In this document: positions 18,957-29,372 of the stretch, one piece after another
Numbering within the stretch: position 1 is the stretch's first letter
Layout of the letters: each line of letters begins with the position of its first letter
Assembly: GCA_964575955.1 (NCBI GenBank)
Contig: CAZNTG010000003.1
Span: 64,001-128,000, forward strand
Origin: an uncultured Thermoproteaceae archaeon
GTDB lineage: Archaea > Thermoproteota > Thermoprotei > Thermoproteales > Thermocladiaceae
Length of the DNA stretch: 64,000 nt
Direction of reading: 5' to 3'
The notes under the pieces: generated by a model
The model's database searches: none
The model's input: the letters and a program-made list of their open reading frames with translations, nothing else
Told to the model about the DNA's origin: nothing
Program-made: the position numbers and the translations under genes

Positions 18957-19292
18957 ATGAGTGAGAGTATTGTTAAGCTTATTGATGCAGTAAAGAGGGG
19001 AGATGCATCAGCATTTTTGAGACTTGTTAAGAGAATTGAAGAGATATGTAGAACATCTATGATTAGTAGAAGAGAGGCCTGGCTTGGTAAAGATCTAGTA
19101 CTTGTAAACTACTGTACATACATGCTTATAGATAGGAGAGAGGGTGCTGCATATGTTCTTGTTAGAGGGAGAGAATATTACACAGTTATTAGACTAGACA
19201 TAACATCACTATTAAATCAGAGTGAGAGAGAGATAGCAGAGACATTATGCATATATGTAGATGAGATAGAGTCAGTATCAAGAACAATATAG
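18957..19292 (+). CDS. Hypothetical protein
   Basis: 111 aa ORF with typical codon usage. Confidence 0.65.
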   Translation: MSESIVKLIDAVKRGDASAFLRLVKRIEEICRTSMISRREAWLGKDLVLVNYCTYMLIDRREGAAYVLVRGREYYTVIRLDITSLLNQSEREIAETLCIYVDEIESVSRTI

Positions 19293-19343
19293 ATGATGTC
19301 GGCCTGCCAACACTGATAGATGATGTGGAACCGGTGTTACTGA
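19293..19343 (+). ncRNA. Box C/D guide sRNA (variant C boxes ATGATGT)
   Basis: ATGATGT-cggcctgccaaca-CTGA-tag-ATGATGT-ggaaccggtgtta-CTGA, with GC-rich guides in an AT-rich background. Confidence 0.8.
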
Positions 19344-20017
19344 TCTCTACTACTCTTTAGAAAGTATTTGGGGTTGTGTATAGCTATGTCTATAGTTTTC
19401 AACATCCCGTAATCAAGCATAGTTTTGATAAGTCTATTCCAATCTACTCTCCTAATTATCAATATGACAATTATGGTAATTATTATTGATAAAACTACAA
19501 CAACACCTGTAGGTAAAACCTCACCCATTACCTGTCCTGATAAGGCTACAAACTCTGTTATTACAAACTTACCTGATAAACATGCTAAGAAGAATTTTAA
19601 TGGACTATATTTTAAAGCTCCGACAATTATGTATAAAACATCGTCAGGTAATGGTGTAGCTGCAAATAGAAAAATTGCAAAAAATATACCCTTATCTGCA
19701 AGTTTATTAAATAGTTCTATATCTCTATCATTAACTTTACCAACTATAAATCTTCTAAATGACTTTCCTATAAGATATACAACAATTTTTCCAAGTGCTG
19801 CACCTAGGCTTGATATGAATACTATTAGAAGTATTGTAGGTATGTTATTTGAAAACATTGATGTATATACAAATATTATTGCTAAGTATGGAACTGTTAG
19901 ATAAGGTACACAGTTTGATAAGAATGATATAATTCCAGTAATTACAATTATGTACAGTATACCACTACCAAGGACATGTTTTAAATATTGTGAAACTGCA
20001 TGAAGTATTGATAACAT
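19337..20017 (-). CDS. DedA/VTT (SNARE-associated) membrane protein
   Basis: GAALGKIVVYLIG, FAATPLPDD, FFLACLSGK; several hydrophobic helices. Confidence 0.85.
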   Translation of the reverse strand: MLSILHAVSQYLKHVLGSGILYIIVITGIISFLSNCVPYLTVPYLAIIFVYTSMFSNNIPTILLIVFISSLGAALGKIVVYLIGKSFRRFIVGKVNDRDIELFNKLADKGIFFAIFLFAATPLPDDVLYIIVGALKYSPLKFFLACLSGKFVITEFVALSGQVMGEVLPTGVVVVLSIIITIIVILIIRRVDWNRLIKTMLDYGMLKTIDIAIHNPKYFLKSSRDQ

Positions 20018-20025
20018 TATAATTC

Positions 20026-21330
20026 TTACTTTTTAGGTGCAGGCTTTCTTTCACCTCTAGGTGGTGCTGGCGGTGGTGGAGGTGGTGTTGGTGCTGTTCC
20101 TTTAGTCTCTGCTTTTCTTGGTGCTGGTTTTGCTCTAGCTTTAGCTTCTGGTTTTCTTGGAGGTGGTTTTGCGTATAGTGTCTTAATCTCCTGTATTCTC
20201 TTCATTAACTCTTCCTTCAACTTTGGTGCTATGAAGTTTCCTGTAAATGCATCAGCTTTTGCAGCTATTGCTAATTTTGCTGCTAGTGCTCTAGCAATTT
20301 TACCTCTCTGCCATCTTGGTGCTCTGAATATTTCAGGGAATTGGAATATTACTCCATGCTTAGGTGGTTTACCTCCTGTTCTTAATGCTCTAAATAGTGC
20401 TTTTTCAGCTCCAAGTACCTGTATTGTTGATGCTGGTAGTAGTGCAAGTTTTAGTAATCCACCTGCAAGATTTATCAATCTTGCACCTAGTAGTGAACCT
20501 ACAAGCTCTCTAATATTTGGAGCTACTTCTTTCATAGCTTCATCAATGTATTCTGCAAGTTTTCTTCTTGCTTCAAGTGCTGTTATGAATATTCTAGCGT
20601 ATGATCTTATAGCTTCAAGGTCAAATTCTGCCATTTCAGCACCAACACTCTTCTCTGCTGCTTCTGCAATTCTCTTAGCTCTCTCTTCAGATATGTTTGG
20701 AATTATCTTTCTAATATTCTCAACTGTGAAGTTTGATCTATGACCAAGCTCGTATAGTAGTCTCACGTAGTCTCTATGATCTCTAACAAGTTCTTCAAGC
20801 TCTGGGAAATGTAGTCCATACCACTCTCTTAATCTTGAAGCCATCAAGTTCATCATCTTATCACAATCATCAACTGCACTTATTGCATTTGCGATGAATA
20901 GGTCTCTCTTCTCTGCTGCTTTCCTCAACTTTAATCTTGTTTGAAGTACTGTTAAGTCATATACTCTCTTATAGTACTCTTCAAAACTTTCAATTCCATA
21001 GACCTCCTTCAAGTACCTGTCTAAGAAATGTTCTCTAAATAGTTCACCACCCTTACTTGGAATTTCTGCTCTAATTTCAACATCCTTAACTACAGATGCT
21101 AGATTTCTAGCAAGTTCTTTATGTTCTAGAATTATAGTATCGTAACCCTTACTCTTCAACTCTTCTACAAGTTTAACAAGTTCAGGAATTACCTCACCTT
21201 TCTCAATACTTGTAAGCTTTTGAGCAACTATCTGGTCAGTACCTTCATAAAGTACTTTACCAATAACATTACCTTCCTCATCGAGAGCAACAACTCCCAG
21301 AGTATCGGTAACTATGTAGGCTGTAGGCAT
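20026..21330 (-). CDS. nop5: Box C/D RNP protein Nop5 (Nop56/58)
   Basis: REWYGLHFPEL, PASTIQVLGAEKALFR, PKHGVIF, RGKIARALAAK; Pro/Lys-rich tail. Confidence 0.96.
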   Translation of the reverse strand: MPTAYIVTDTLGVVALDEEGNVIGKVLYEGTDQIVAQKLTSIEKGEVIPELVKLVEELKSKGYDTIILEHKELARNLASVVKDVEIRAEIPSKGGELFREHFLDRYLKEVYGIESFEEYYKRVYDLTVLQTRLKLRKAAEKRDLFIANAISAVDDCDKMMNLMASRLREWYGLHFPELEELVRDHRDYVRLLYELGHRSNFTVENIRKIIPNISEERAKRIAEAAEKSVGAEMAEFDLEAIRSYARIFITALEARRKLAEYIDEAMKEVAPNIRELVGSLLGARLINLAGGLLKLALLPASTIQVLGAEKALFRALRTGGKPPKHGVIFQFPEIFRAPRWQRGKIARALAAKLAIAAKADAFTGNFIAPKLKEELMKRIQEIKTLYAKPPPRKPEAKARAKPAPRKAETKGTAPTPPPPPPAPPRGERKPAPKK

Positions 21331-21391
21331 TATACTGATTACAGGTATGTAAGTATTTAAAGATATTTTCGTACTATCAAGAATCTTAAAA

Positions 21392-23278
21392 CTATCCTGA
21401 GATTATCTGTGATATAGCTCTTCTAACATCATTAACATCTGCTCTACCTCTCAACTCTCTCATACATATTCCAAGAAGCTTATTTACATCTCTAACATCT
21501 ACATTCTGTATAAGTTTTCTAACTTTCTCTAAAACTTCCTCATACTTCAACTTCTTCAAATTTAACTTCTCTACAACTTCTATAGGTTTCATACCTGTCT
21601 TTGAAACTTCTTTTAATATCTCAGGAATAGCTTCTTTAACTATTACATCTTTTGCTAGTAGTTCTATACATTGTTCAATATGTTCTTCAGATATTTTTGA
21701 GATATCTACACCTTCTTTCTGTAAGTTTTTCAATGTTATTAATATTGTTGATATTATTATACTTGGAGATACTTTATCTCCATACTTATCTATTAATCTA
21801 TCGATAAATTCTGCATGTGGTGATTTTACAGCTTGTATTGCTAATTCTCTACTAACACCCATAGATACATACCTCTCAACTCTACGATCTATAGTCTCAA
21901 CTTTCATCTTCTCAATCTCGATAACTATCTTTCTAGTATTTATTGGTCTAAGATCAGTCTCAGGATACATTCTTGCACTTCCTGGTCTTGGTCTCATGAA
22001 TCTTGTAGTTCCATCAGGATTTGCTGCTCTAGTCTCTTCAGGTACACCAACTAGAGCATATTTCAATCTCTTAACAAGTACATCTACAGCATCGTATAGC
22101 TCTGTCTCTTGAATTCCTGCAATTATTATGAATGGTCTACCTCCAGTTCTCTCATATATCTTCTGTACTTCATCAATAGTTATTCCATATGCTGGAAGTT
22201 CATCACTGTGAATTATTCCTTTAAGATATGTCCATGCTCTAACATAATCTGCAAGTTCTGTTCCAAACCTCCTGCCTGGCTGTATTTCAACTTTTAATAA
22301 TCCTCTAAAACCTTCTGGAAGTTTTAATGCTATAATCTTACCTCCAGACTTTATAATATCTTTCAATATTTTCGATTTTGTGTTTGTAAATATGTCAGTT
22401 ATATCTAGTACATCTTCTGTAATATCTTCCTCTTTAACATTTCTATTTCTAAGTTCTTCAGCTATCTTGAGTAAGTTTAACTGTCTCTGAACTTCATACT
22501 CAATTATCTTAGGTATTAGTGATAGATCTGGAACACCTTTAATTTCTGTTTTTGCACCCTTCTCAATAGATATGTTTAAGTCTTGTCTTACTGTTCCTGC
22601 TCCACGTTTTGCTCTACCTGTAAGTTTTATACTATATCCAATACATGCAGCTATCTCAGCTATCTCCTGTGGTGAATATGTTAGTGGTCCTGTAGATATT
22701 TCTACTAGTGGTATTCCAAGTCTATCAAGTCTATATACTACGTATGTCTCTGTCTCTTCTATCTTTCTAGCAGCATCTTCTTCAAGTGCTATAGTCCATA
22801 TAGGTACCTTGTAGTTGAAGAATGTTGCTAATCCATCATGTGCTATCAGTATTGTTCTTTGAAATCCTGAGACGTTTGATCCATCAATAACTATCTTCCT
22901 CATCACGTAAAGTTCATCAAACACCTTTGCATTGAACATCTTTGCAATCATTATAGCTGTCTCTAGTGAGAATGGGTCAGGTTCGTGTGGTGGTTCTTCA
23001 TCAATCTCTACTAGACATGTAGTGTCGTAGTAGCCTTCATATATGTATGTCTTTCTTTTTCTAAATTCCCAAAGTGCTGCTGGATCAACTTCACCAAGCT
23101 CGCTTAATGTTGGTCTTAATCTACGTACTATCCTGAAGTGTGGTGGATCATTTCTAATTACTGTTGGACATTCGCAGAATAGTTTTCTAGGTGAGTCAAG
23201 TTGTACATGAATTTCTAAACCAACTTTCAATCCTAAATCTCTATAGTCTATCTTCATTATATTTGAATAGTTGAGCAA
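21392..23278 (-). CDS. gatE: Glu-tRNA(Gln) amidotransferase subunit E
   Basis: GLKVGLEIH, RKIVIDGSNVSGFQRT, LDRLGIPLVEI, RPRPGSARMYPETD. Confidence 0.96.
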   Translation of the reverse strand: MLNYSNIMKIDYRDLGLKVGLEIHVQLDSPRKLFCECPTVIRNDPPHFRIVRRLRPTLSELGEVDPAALWEFRKRKTYIYEGYYDTTCLVEIDEEPPHEPDPFSLETAIMIAKMFNAKVFDELYVMRKIVIDGSNVSGFQRTILIAHDGLATFFNYKVPIWTIALEEDAARKIEETETYVVYRLDRLGIPLVEISTGPLTYSPQEIAEIAACIGYSIKLTGRAKRGAGTVRQDLNISIEKGAKTEIKGVPDLSLIPKIIEYEVQRQLNLLKIAEELRNRNVKEEDITEDVLDITDIFTNTKSKILKDIIKSGGKIIALKLPEGFRGLLKVEIQPGRRFGTELADYVRAWTYLKGIIHSDELPAYGITIDEVQKIYERTGGRPFIIIAGIQETELYDAVDVLVKRLKYALVGVPEETRAANPDGTTRFMRPRPGSARMYPETDLRPINTRKIVIEIEKMKVETIDRRVERYVSMGVSRELAIQAVKSPHAEFIDRLIDKYGDKVSPSIIISTILITLKNLQKEGVDISKISEEHIEQCIELLAKDVIVKEAIPEILKEVSKTGMKPIEVVEKLNLKKLKYEEVLEKVRKLIQNVDVRDVNKLLGICMRELRGRADVNDVRRAISQIISG

Positions 23279-23312
23279 GTAGTTTAAAGCGGTTGCGATA
23301 TTATACTACTCC

Positions 23313-23606
23313 ATGACTACTTTCAGAGAATTTCAAGAACTTATGAAGAAGCTATACTATGAGAGAGATAAGTCTAGAGGGGTTGAAAAGACCTATATGT
23401 GGCTTGTAGAGGAGGTTGGTGAGCTTGGTAGAGCGATATTGAAGAATAATGTTGAGAATATTAAAGAGGAAGTTGCTGATGTTATTGCATGGTTAGCAAG
23501 TCTATGTAATCTTCTAGGTATAGATATGGAAGAGGCTGTAAAGATGAAATATCCTGGTAAATGTCCAAAATGTGGATCAATACCATGTAGATGTAATACG
23601 AGGTAG
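23313..23606 (+). CDS. MazG-like nucleotide pyrophosphohydrolase
   Basis: WLVEEVGEL, EEVADV; C-terminal CPKC..PCRC. Confidence 0.9.
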   Translation: MTTFREFQELMKKLYYERDKSRGVEKTYMWLVEEVGELGRAILKNNVENIKEEVADVIAWLASLCNLLGIDMEEAVKMKYPGKCPKCGSIPCRCNTR

Positions 23607-23668
23607 AGATTAGACACTTGAGCGTATCTTTATAAGTTAGATAGAACGTAGAGTCTACATAGAAGTCT

Positions 23669-24775
23669 GTGATGTCTCGTGAAGAACGCATAGCTGAGGA
23701 TATCATAGAGGATTTAGAATTTAGAAAACTTCAACTATTAGGAAGATCTTCAATTGCTGTAACAATACCTAAGAAGTGGGTACAGGCACTTGGATTAAAA
23801 CCTGGTGATGTTGTAATACTTAAGAGAGCTAAAGATAGCATATTAATACAACCATACGCTCAGACTGAGGAACAATCACCAAACAATACTATGAGAGAGG
23901 TCACAATATCTACAACACATCTAGCTAGATCATTGAGAAAAATTATGGGACTATACTTATCAGGTATATCTTCAGTAGTTGTAAAGTTTCAAGAAGATAA
24001 TCCAGGTGTTAAGCAGATTGTTAAGAATTTCATACGTGAAAAGCTTCCAGGTGCCGAGATTGTTGATGAGAGGTATAATATGATGATTGTTAGATTTTTA
24101 ACAAATCTTGAAGAACTTCCAATACGAAGAATTTTGAAGAGGATGAGTAATATGGCTATTAACATGCTTAGAGAAGGTTTGAAAATTCTTGCAGAGTCTG
24201 ATAAAGATATAGTTATTGATCAATTGCCTGACTCATCTGTTAAAGATGAAGAAATTGATAGACTGTACCTGCTAGTTTACAAACTTGTAAATCAAGGTAT
24301 TCTAAATCAGAAACTATTATCGAAATTGGAGATTGAAGATCCTAGAGAGCTTATAGCTGCTCTAATAGTTGCAAAGTCTATAGAGAGGTGTGGTGATCAT
24401 GCTACACGTGTTATAGATCTATCAAAAGCTATACTATCTATAAACGTGTCATTAAGCTTAAGTACTGACGTATTTCAAAAACTTGCAGATCTTGGTCAAT
24501 CTGCATGTTATATTCTTAGAGAAGCAACTCAATCATTTGTTGATAAAGATGTTGAACGTGCACAGGAAATATTGGAGAAGAGAGTTGAACTTAGAAAGGT
24601 AAGTATTAAGCTTGTAGATAACATAATGAAGCATGCCTGTCCATTATGTATGGTTAAGGCTAGTGAACTATTAACATATGTCATACTACTAATTGAAAGT
24701 ATTAGAAGATTCTTAGCATATAGTTACGATATTGCAGAAATAACGATAGATACATACTCTAATAAGACTGAGTGA
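23669..24775 (+). CDS. AbrB-PhoU phosphate uptake regulator
   Basis: RKLQLLGRSSIAVTIPKKW (AbrB domain); DEEIDRLY and IERCGDHA (PhoU). Confidence 0.88.
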   Translation: MMSREERIAEDIIEDLEFRKLQLLGRSSIAVTIPKKWVQALGLKPGDVVILKRAKDSILIQPYAQTEEQSPNNTMREVTISTTHLARSLRKIMGLYLSGISSVVVKFQEDNPGVKQIVKNFIREKLPGAEIVDERYNMMIVRFLTNLEELPIRRILKRMSNMAINMLREGLKILAESDKDIVIDQLPDSSVKDEEIDRLYLLVYKLVNQGILNQKLLSKLEIEDPRELIAALIVAKSIERCGDHATRVIDLSKAILSINVSLSLSTDVFQKLADLGQSACYILREATQSFVDKDVERAQEILEKRVELRKVSIKLVDNIMKHACPLCMVKASELLTYVILLIESIRRFLAYSYDIAEITIDTYSNKTE

Positions 24776-25377
24776 AAAGTATGTCAGATAGGAGAGGTGT
24801 CAAGATTTTGATAATGAGTGACGCACATATACATGATAGAGCTGATGAAGTTCCAAAACAGTTTGAAGAATTAATACATAGTGAGAAACCTTTCGACATT
24901 GCTGTATATGGTGGAGATTTTACAGATGAAGATGTGTATAGGTGGTTTAGATCACTAGCACATACAACATATGCTGTTCAGGGAAATATGGACTATCTAG
25001 ACCTTCCTGAACATGTAACATTCATGCATCCACTATCAAACATCAGATTTGGAGTTATACATGGACATCAGGTTAGACCTAGAGGAAATATTGTACAACT
25101 AACAGAAATTGCAAAGAGAATGAATGTAAACATATTGATAAGTGGTCATACACATAGCCCATTCATAAAGATATTCAACAATGTACTACACATAAATCCT
25201 GGATCATTAACAGGAGCTTGGGGTGGAGGTGGTGGATCAGGAATACCAAGTATGATAATTCTCACATTGTATGAAAATGGTGTTGAAGTAAGACATTACG
25301 AATTGAGAAGAGGTAAGATTTCACTAAACATATATAGGTTTAGCTATAGAGGTGATATGTGGAGTGAAGTTGTATGA
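24772..25377 (+). CDS. Metallophosphoesterase, YfcE/MJ0936/Vps29 family
   Basis: SDAH, GDF, GNMD, HGH, GHTH, NPGS. Confidence 0.9.
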   Translation: MKSMSDRRGVKILIMSDAHIHDRADEVPKQFEELIHSEKPFDIAVYGGDFTDEDVYRWFRSLAHTTYAVQGNMDYLDLPEHVTFMHPLSNIRFGVIHGHQVRPRGNIVQLTEIAKRMNVNILISGHTHSPFIKIFNNVLHINPGSLTGAWGGGGGSGIPSMIILTLYENGVEVRHYELRRGKISLNIYRFSYRGDMWSEVV

Positions 25378-26150
25378 GACTTATAGCTAGTTTAAAGCTT
25401 AGAAATTTAGAAGGTGTTAAGAAGTTTGAGAAGATATTAGAGATATTGTCAAATATAAAATTTGAACTAGACTTAACAAAGTTTATAGTTAGTGAAGATT
25501 TTCAAAAATTTATACCATTAATAGCATCTGAGATTGAGGATATATTTAGAGATAGGATTTCATATATAAAAGTATTGAAATACCAGAGTAAGGATGTGAT
25601 TGAGAGATTGTTAAATCTTCTAGACTATCTAAATGTTGATAGAGTTATATTGAAAGTTCCTGAAGATGTTGACCATATGGTTGATATTGTTGATGAAGCT
25701 TCAAGGTATGGAGTTAAGACTGTGTGGAGATTTAGTAAGATTGAAAGTTTTGAAACATTGTCAGATATTGCTAATAGTATCGCACCATACAAGTTGAGAA
25801 TAGCTATTGATGTTGCAGGTAGGAGATCTGTTAAAGACTTTACTAGAGAATTATTGATGAGTAGTGGATATGTTGAAGTAATATACTTAGACAATAAGGA
25901 TGGCAGTAGTAGAGGTTTACCAATATTTCACACATCTGGAAAGATAAATTTTGTTAAAATATTCAAAATTTTGAAATGTGTTGGATATGATAGAGATCTA
26001 GTACTAAACTATAGACCTAGATACTACCTTGACTATGTTAGAGATATTGAACTTGCAGAATCTGTAATATCTTCAGTTGGTTCAAGTGTTGTTGATAAGT
26101 TTACTAAAAAGCTTGTTGAAGATGTTATGAGAGAGATGATGAATCTTTAA
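25374..26150 (+). CDS. Hypothetical protein, degenerate xylose-isomerase/AP-endonuclease-2 TIM barrel
   Basis: C-terminal LP..GKINF..I...L...GYD pattern. Confidence 0.55.
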   Translation: MRLIASLKLRNLEGVKKFEKILEILSNIKFELDLTKFIVSEDFQKFIPLIASEIEDIFRDRISYIKVLKYQSKDVIERLLNLLDYLNVDRVILKVPEDVDHMVDIVDEASRYGVKTVWRFSKIESFETLSDIANSIAPYKLRIAIDVAGRRSVKDFTRELLMSSGYVEVIYLDNKDGSSRGLPIFHTSGKINFVKIFKILKCVGYDRDLVLNYRPRYYLDYVRDIELAESVISSVGSSVVDKFTKKLVEDVMREMMNL

Positions 26151-26174
26151 TTTTAGAATTGTCTTAATCTATAT

Positions 26175-27119
26175 ATGTCATATAGGAGGTTTAAAAAGAG
26201 AAATCTACTAACACTACTAGACTACTCTCCTAGTGATGTATTGAAAATTTTAGAAATTTCTAAAGAAATGAAACTTCTATACTATTCAGGTTATAGACTA
26301 ATTAATTCACATGTTGGTAGAGTATTGATGTTAATATTTGAAAAGCCTAGTACTAGAACTAGAGTTAGTCTTGAAGTTGCTGGTTATGAGCTTGGTATGC
26401 AGGTTATTTATGCAAGTCCATCAGAGCTTCAACTTGGTAGAGGTGAGCCAATTAAAGATACTGTGAGAGTATTGTCTAGATATGTTGACTGTATTGCAGC
26501 TAGAGTATATAGTCATCAATCTCTAGAAGAGATGGCTAAGTACTCAGATATACCTATAATAAATGCTCTAAGTGATAAGTATCATCCACTTCAAGCACTT
26601 GCAGATGCATTAACAATATGGGAGTATAAGGGAAGGTTAAGTGGTATTAAACTTGCATTTCTAGGTGATGGAAATTCAAATGTCTCTAGAAGTCTAGTTG
26701 TTATTGGTTCTAAGCTTGGTTGGGAAGTTAGAATTGTAGGTCCACGTAGATATTGGCCTGATTCAAAACTTCTTAAAGATGTTGAAGATGATTGTAGGAA
26801 GACTGGTGCAAATATCATACTTACTGAAGATGTTGAGGAAGGTGTGAAGAATGTTGATGTTGTTTATACAGATGTGTGGGTTAGTATGGGATTTGAGAGT
26901 GAAGCTCAGGAACGTATTGAAGCTATGAGAAAGTATCAGGTTAATATGGAGATTATGAATATTGCAGGTAGAGATGCAATATTTATGCATTGTCTACCTG
27001 CGAAGAGAGGTCAGGAAGTTACTGAGGAAGTCTTAGAATCTGATAGAAGTGTTGTGTGGGATCAGGCTGAGAATAGGCTACATACAGCTAAGGCAGTACT
27101 ATACCTGTTAGTACCTTAG
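26175..27119 (+). CDS. argF: Ornithine carbamoyltransferase
   Basis: STRTR, HPLQ, TDVWVSMG, HCLP, QAENR. Confidence 0.96.
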   Translation: MSYRRFKKRNLLTLLDYSPSDVLKILEISKEMKLLYYSGYRLINSHVGRVLMLIFEKPSTRTRVSLEVAGYELGMQVIYASPSELQLGRGEPIKDTVRVLSRYVDCIAARVYSHQSLEEMAKYSDIPIINALSDKYHPLQALADALTIWEYKGRLSGIKLAFLGDGNSNVSRSLVVIGSKLGWEVRIVGPRRYWPDSKLLKDVEDDCRKTGANIILTEDVEEGVKNVDVVYTDVWVSMGFESEAQERIEAMRKYQVNMEIMNIAGRDAIFMHCLPAKRGQEVTEEVLESDRSVVWDQAENRLHTAKAVLYLLVP

Positions 27120-27628
27120 ACTTTACTAGAAATTTGTTTAAGATTTAACTTTATCTTTCTCATAAATAGTTTAATCTCTATAGCTACAATCAATGTTATT
27201 ATTATGAAAGATTGTAGAAATGTACAGTATGTACATATCGCATGTACATCATAAAGCTCTATGTATAGTAAGTATGGTATTAATGGTACACCTATAACAG
27301 ATAGTATCAATATAGCATCAATCAATCTCCTATCATACAGTATGTAGTATATGCATAATATTGTCTTAGTTGTAAACCATGCAACAGCTATCAATGCTAT
27401 AGGTATGTCATATCCTCCAACATGTATATAGGAGTATGGACTTGTAGCAACTCTAGCACAATTAATCTCAATTCCAAATAGAGATCCTCTACATAGTAGT
27501 GGATTTTCATGAAGTGTATACACAACATTATAATACATCAACGTTATTATCCAACCAATAATATTCGTAATTACCAGTATGTAATCTAGAATTAGCAACG
27601 TTTTAGGAATCTTGAAGTTATTTACCAT
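27116..27628 (-). CDS. Vitamin K epoxide reductase (VKOR) family membrane protein
   Basis: Loop cysteines (LCRG..NCARVATSPYS), CTYC redox motif, 4 TM helices. Confidence 0.85.
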   Translation of the reverse strand: MVNNFKIPKTLLILDYILVITNIIGWIITLMYYNVVYTLHENPLLCRGSLFGIEINCARVATSPYSYIHVGGYDIPIALIAVAWFTTKTILCIYYILYDRRLIDAILILSVIGVPLIPYLLYIELYDVHAICTYCTFLQSFIIITLIVAIEIKLFMRKIKLNLKQISSKV

Positions 27629-27713
27629 GTTCTCAAACTAGAATTTTAGACAAGGTTAAAATGCTTTTCTAAAGCCAAGGATTTTTAAGATATTCACAAT
27701 CTATCTAATAAAC

Positions 27714-28778
27714 ATGACTTGGAAAATTATAGATGAAGAAGAATTCGAAGAGGAGGAAGAGGAAGTAGAGGAAAGTGAAGAAGAAGCTGAAACTGAAGAG
27801 GTTTCTGAAGAAGGAGAGGAAGTAGAAGCATCTGAAGAAGCGGAAGAGATTGAAAAAGAGGAGGAAGAGGAGAAGAAGAGTGTCCAGGTTCAGAGGCAGG
27901 TTAGTAGAGAGAAGGTTAGAGAAGTGAAGATTTACCGTGTACCTTTTGGTATTGATAAGCTTGATGATGCTCTTGAGGGTGGTGTTCCTAAGGGTAGTTG
28001 GGTTGTTATTGGTGGTGAACCTGGCACAGGCAAGTCTATCTTGGCAATACACTTTGCCTGGAAAGGTCTTGAACTTGGTGATAAAGTCATCTACGTCACT
28101 ACTGAGCAGGAGTTTTATGATGTTATTGTTCAAGCTAAGCAGTTTGGTATGGATTTTGATGAGTATAATGTTTTTAATCTTGCAGAGGCCATACAGTGGG
28201 ATCGTGCTGATCGTGAATGGACTTTTGAGAAGCCTAGTAAGACACCTGACATCGTTGTTATAGACCTCTTCGGTCTAAGTCGCGTAGCACGTTTTGCACT
28301 ACAGGAACAGCTTAGTAGTGAGAAGAAGAGTACTAAATCAAAGAAGAGTTATGTACCGTGGAGTATTGATACTCTAATCTTTGCTCTAGACAAGGCTTAT
28401 GAAGTTCTTGAAGTTGAGAAAGGTCAACATATACGCCTAATCATAGACTCAATGTCAACCTTCTGGGTCGACAAGCCAGCAATGGCTAGGAGATATAGCT
28501 ATCAGCTGAAGCTTGCATATCATAGGAGCAACATTACAGCATTCTTAACAAGTCAATATGCAATGACTACAAAAGGAATCTTCGGCTTCGGTGTAGAGCA
28601 CATTGCAGATGTCGTAATGGAGACATGGATGACAGATATCAAGACAAGTAGAAAACTTGAACGCTACCTCGCAATAAAGAAGGCAAGAATGACAGCAATA
28701 AAGCATAACTTATTCAAGATAGATTTTGTGAAGGAAGGTAACATAAGTAGACTAGTTGTAGAACCTGTAAAACTGTAA
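27714..28778 (+). CDS. KaiC/RecA-superfamily ATPase with acidic N-terminal extension
   Basis: GEPGTGKS Walker A, YVTTE, IIDS, GVEHIADVV, KKARMT. Confidence 0.9.
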   Translation: MTWKIIDEEEFEEEEEEVEESEEEAETEEVSEEGEEVEASEEAEEIEKEEEEEKKSVQVQRQVSREKVREVKIYRVPFGIDKLDDALEGGVPKGSWVVIGGEPGTGKSILAIHFAWKGLELGDKVIYVTTEQEFYDVIVQAKQFGMDFDEYNVFNLAEAIQWDRADREWTFEKPSKTPDIVVIDLFGLSRVARFALQEQLSSEKKSTKSKKSYVPWSIDTLIFALDKAYEVLEVEKGQHIRLIIDSMSTFWVDKPAMARRYSYQLKLAYHRSNITAFLTSQYAMTTKGIFGFGVEHIADVVMETWMTDIKTSRKLERYLAIKKARMTAIKHNLFKIDFVKEGNISRLVVEPVKL

Positions 28779-28781
28779 GTA

Positions 28782-29330
28782 CTACTCACCTAAAATATTT
28801 CCTTCACAATCTACAGTTATAACTATAGGACCAAAATTTTCAACTCTCAAAATCCACATAGCTTCAGGAATTCCAAGCTCTTCTAAAAACATTACATCAA
28901 TAACCTCTTTAACATGTATTGCTGCAACAATACCACAACCTCCTGGAAATATTCCATATGCACACACTCTATCTCTAAATATCGGTACTACTCTTCTAGT
29001 AAGACCACCTTTCCCAACAATCATCTTGACGTTGGCAAGTTTTAATAATCTTGGTATATACTTCTCCATCCTTATACTTGTTGTCGGTCCAATAGACACT
29101 ATATGCCATTTATCATTCTCTCTCCTAACTACAGGTCCTGCATGATATATTACACATCCTTTAAATATGTCTTTACTAATCTTACCCTCTTCTAGTAGTT
29201 TTATTATAACTCTATGTGTTAAATCTCTAGCTGTTATTAATGTTCCAGATATATATACAATATCGCCAACATGTAGATTTTTAATATCATCATCTTTTAG
29301 AGGTGTTTTTAAGTATTTCACATTCGCCAT
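28782..29330 (-). CDS. Class I fumarate hydratase / tartrate dehydratase beta subunit
   Basis: ITARD, YHAGP, GPTTSIRM, GKGG, LGIPEA. Confidence 0.9.
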   Translation of the reverse strand: MANVKYLKTPLKDDDIKNLHVGDIVYISGTLITARDLTHRVIIKLLEEGKISKDIFKGCVIYHAGPVVRRENDKWHIVSIGPTTSIRMEKYIPRLLKLANVKMIVGKGGLTRRVVPIFRDRVCAYGIFPGGCGIVAAIHVKEVIDVMFLEELGIPEAMWILRVENFGPIVITVDCEGNILGE

Positions 29331-29372
29331 ATATCAGAACTTTATAATATAGCATTATAATATTTTTACGAT

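Noticed and set aside
20026-21330. nop5 not adjacent to the fibrillarin gene
   Set aside because: As I recall, the two genes are also unlinked in some Thermoproteales, so this is not unusual on its own
27705-28133. Phe/Leu-rich 142 aa ORF on the - strand
   Set aside because: Reverse complement of the GAA-rich poly-Glu tract of the KaiC gene
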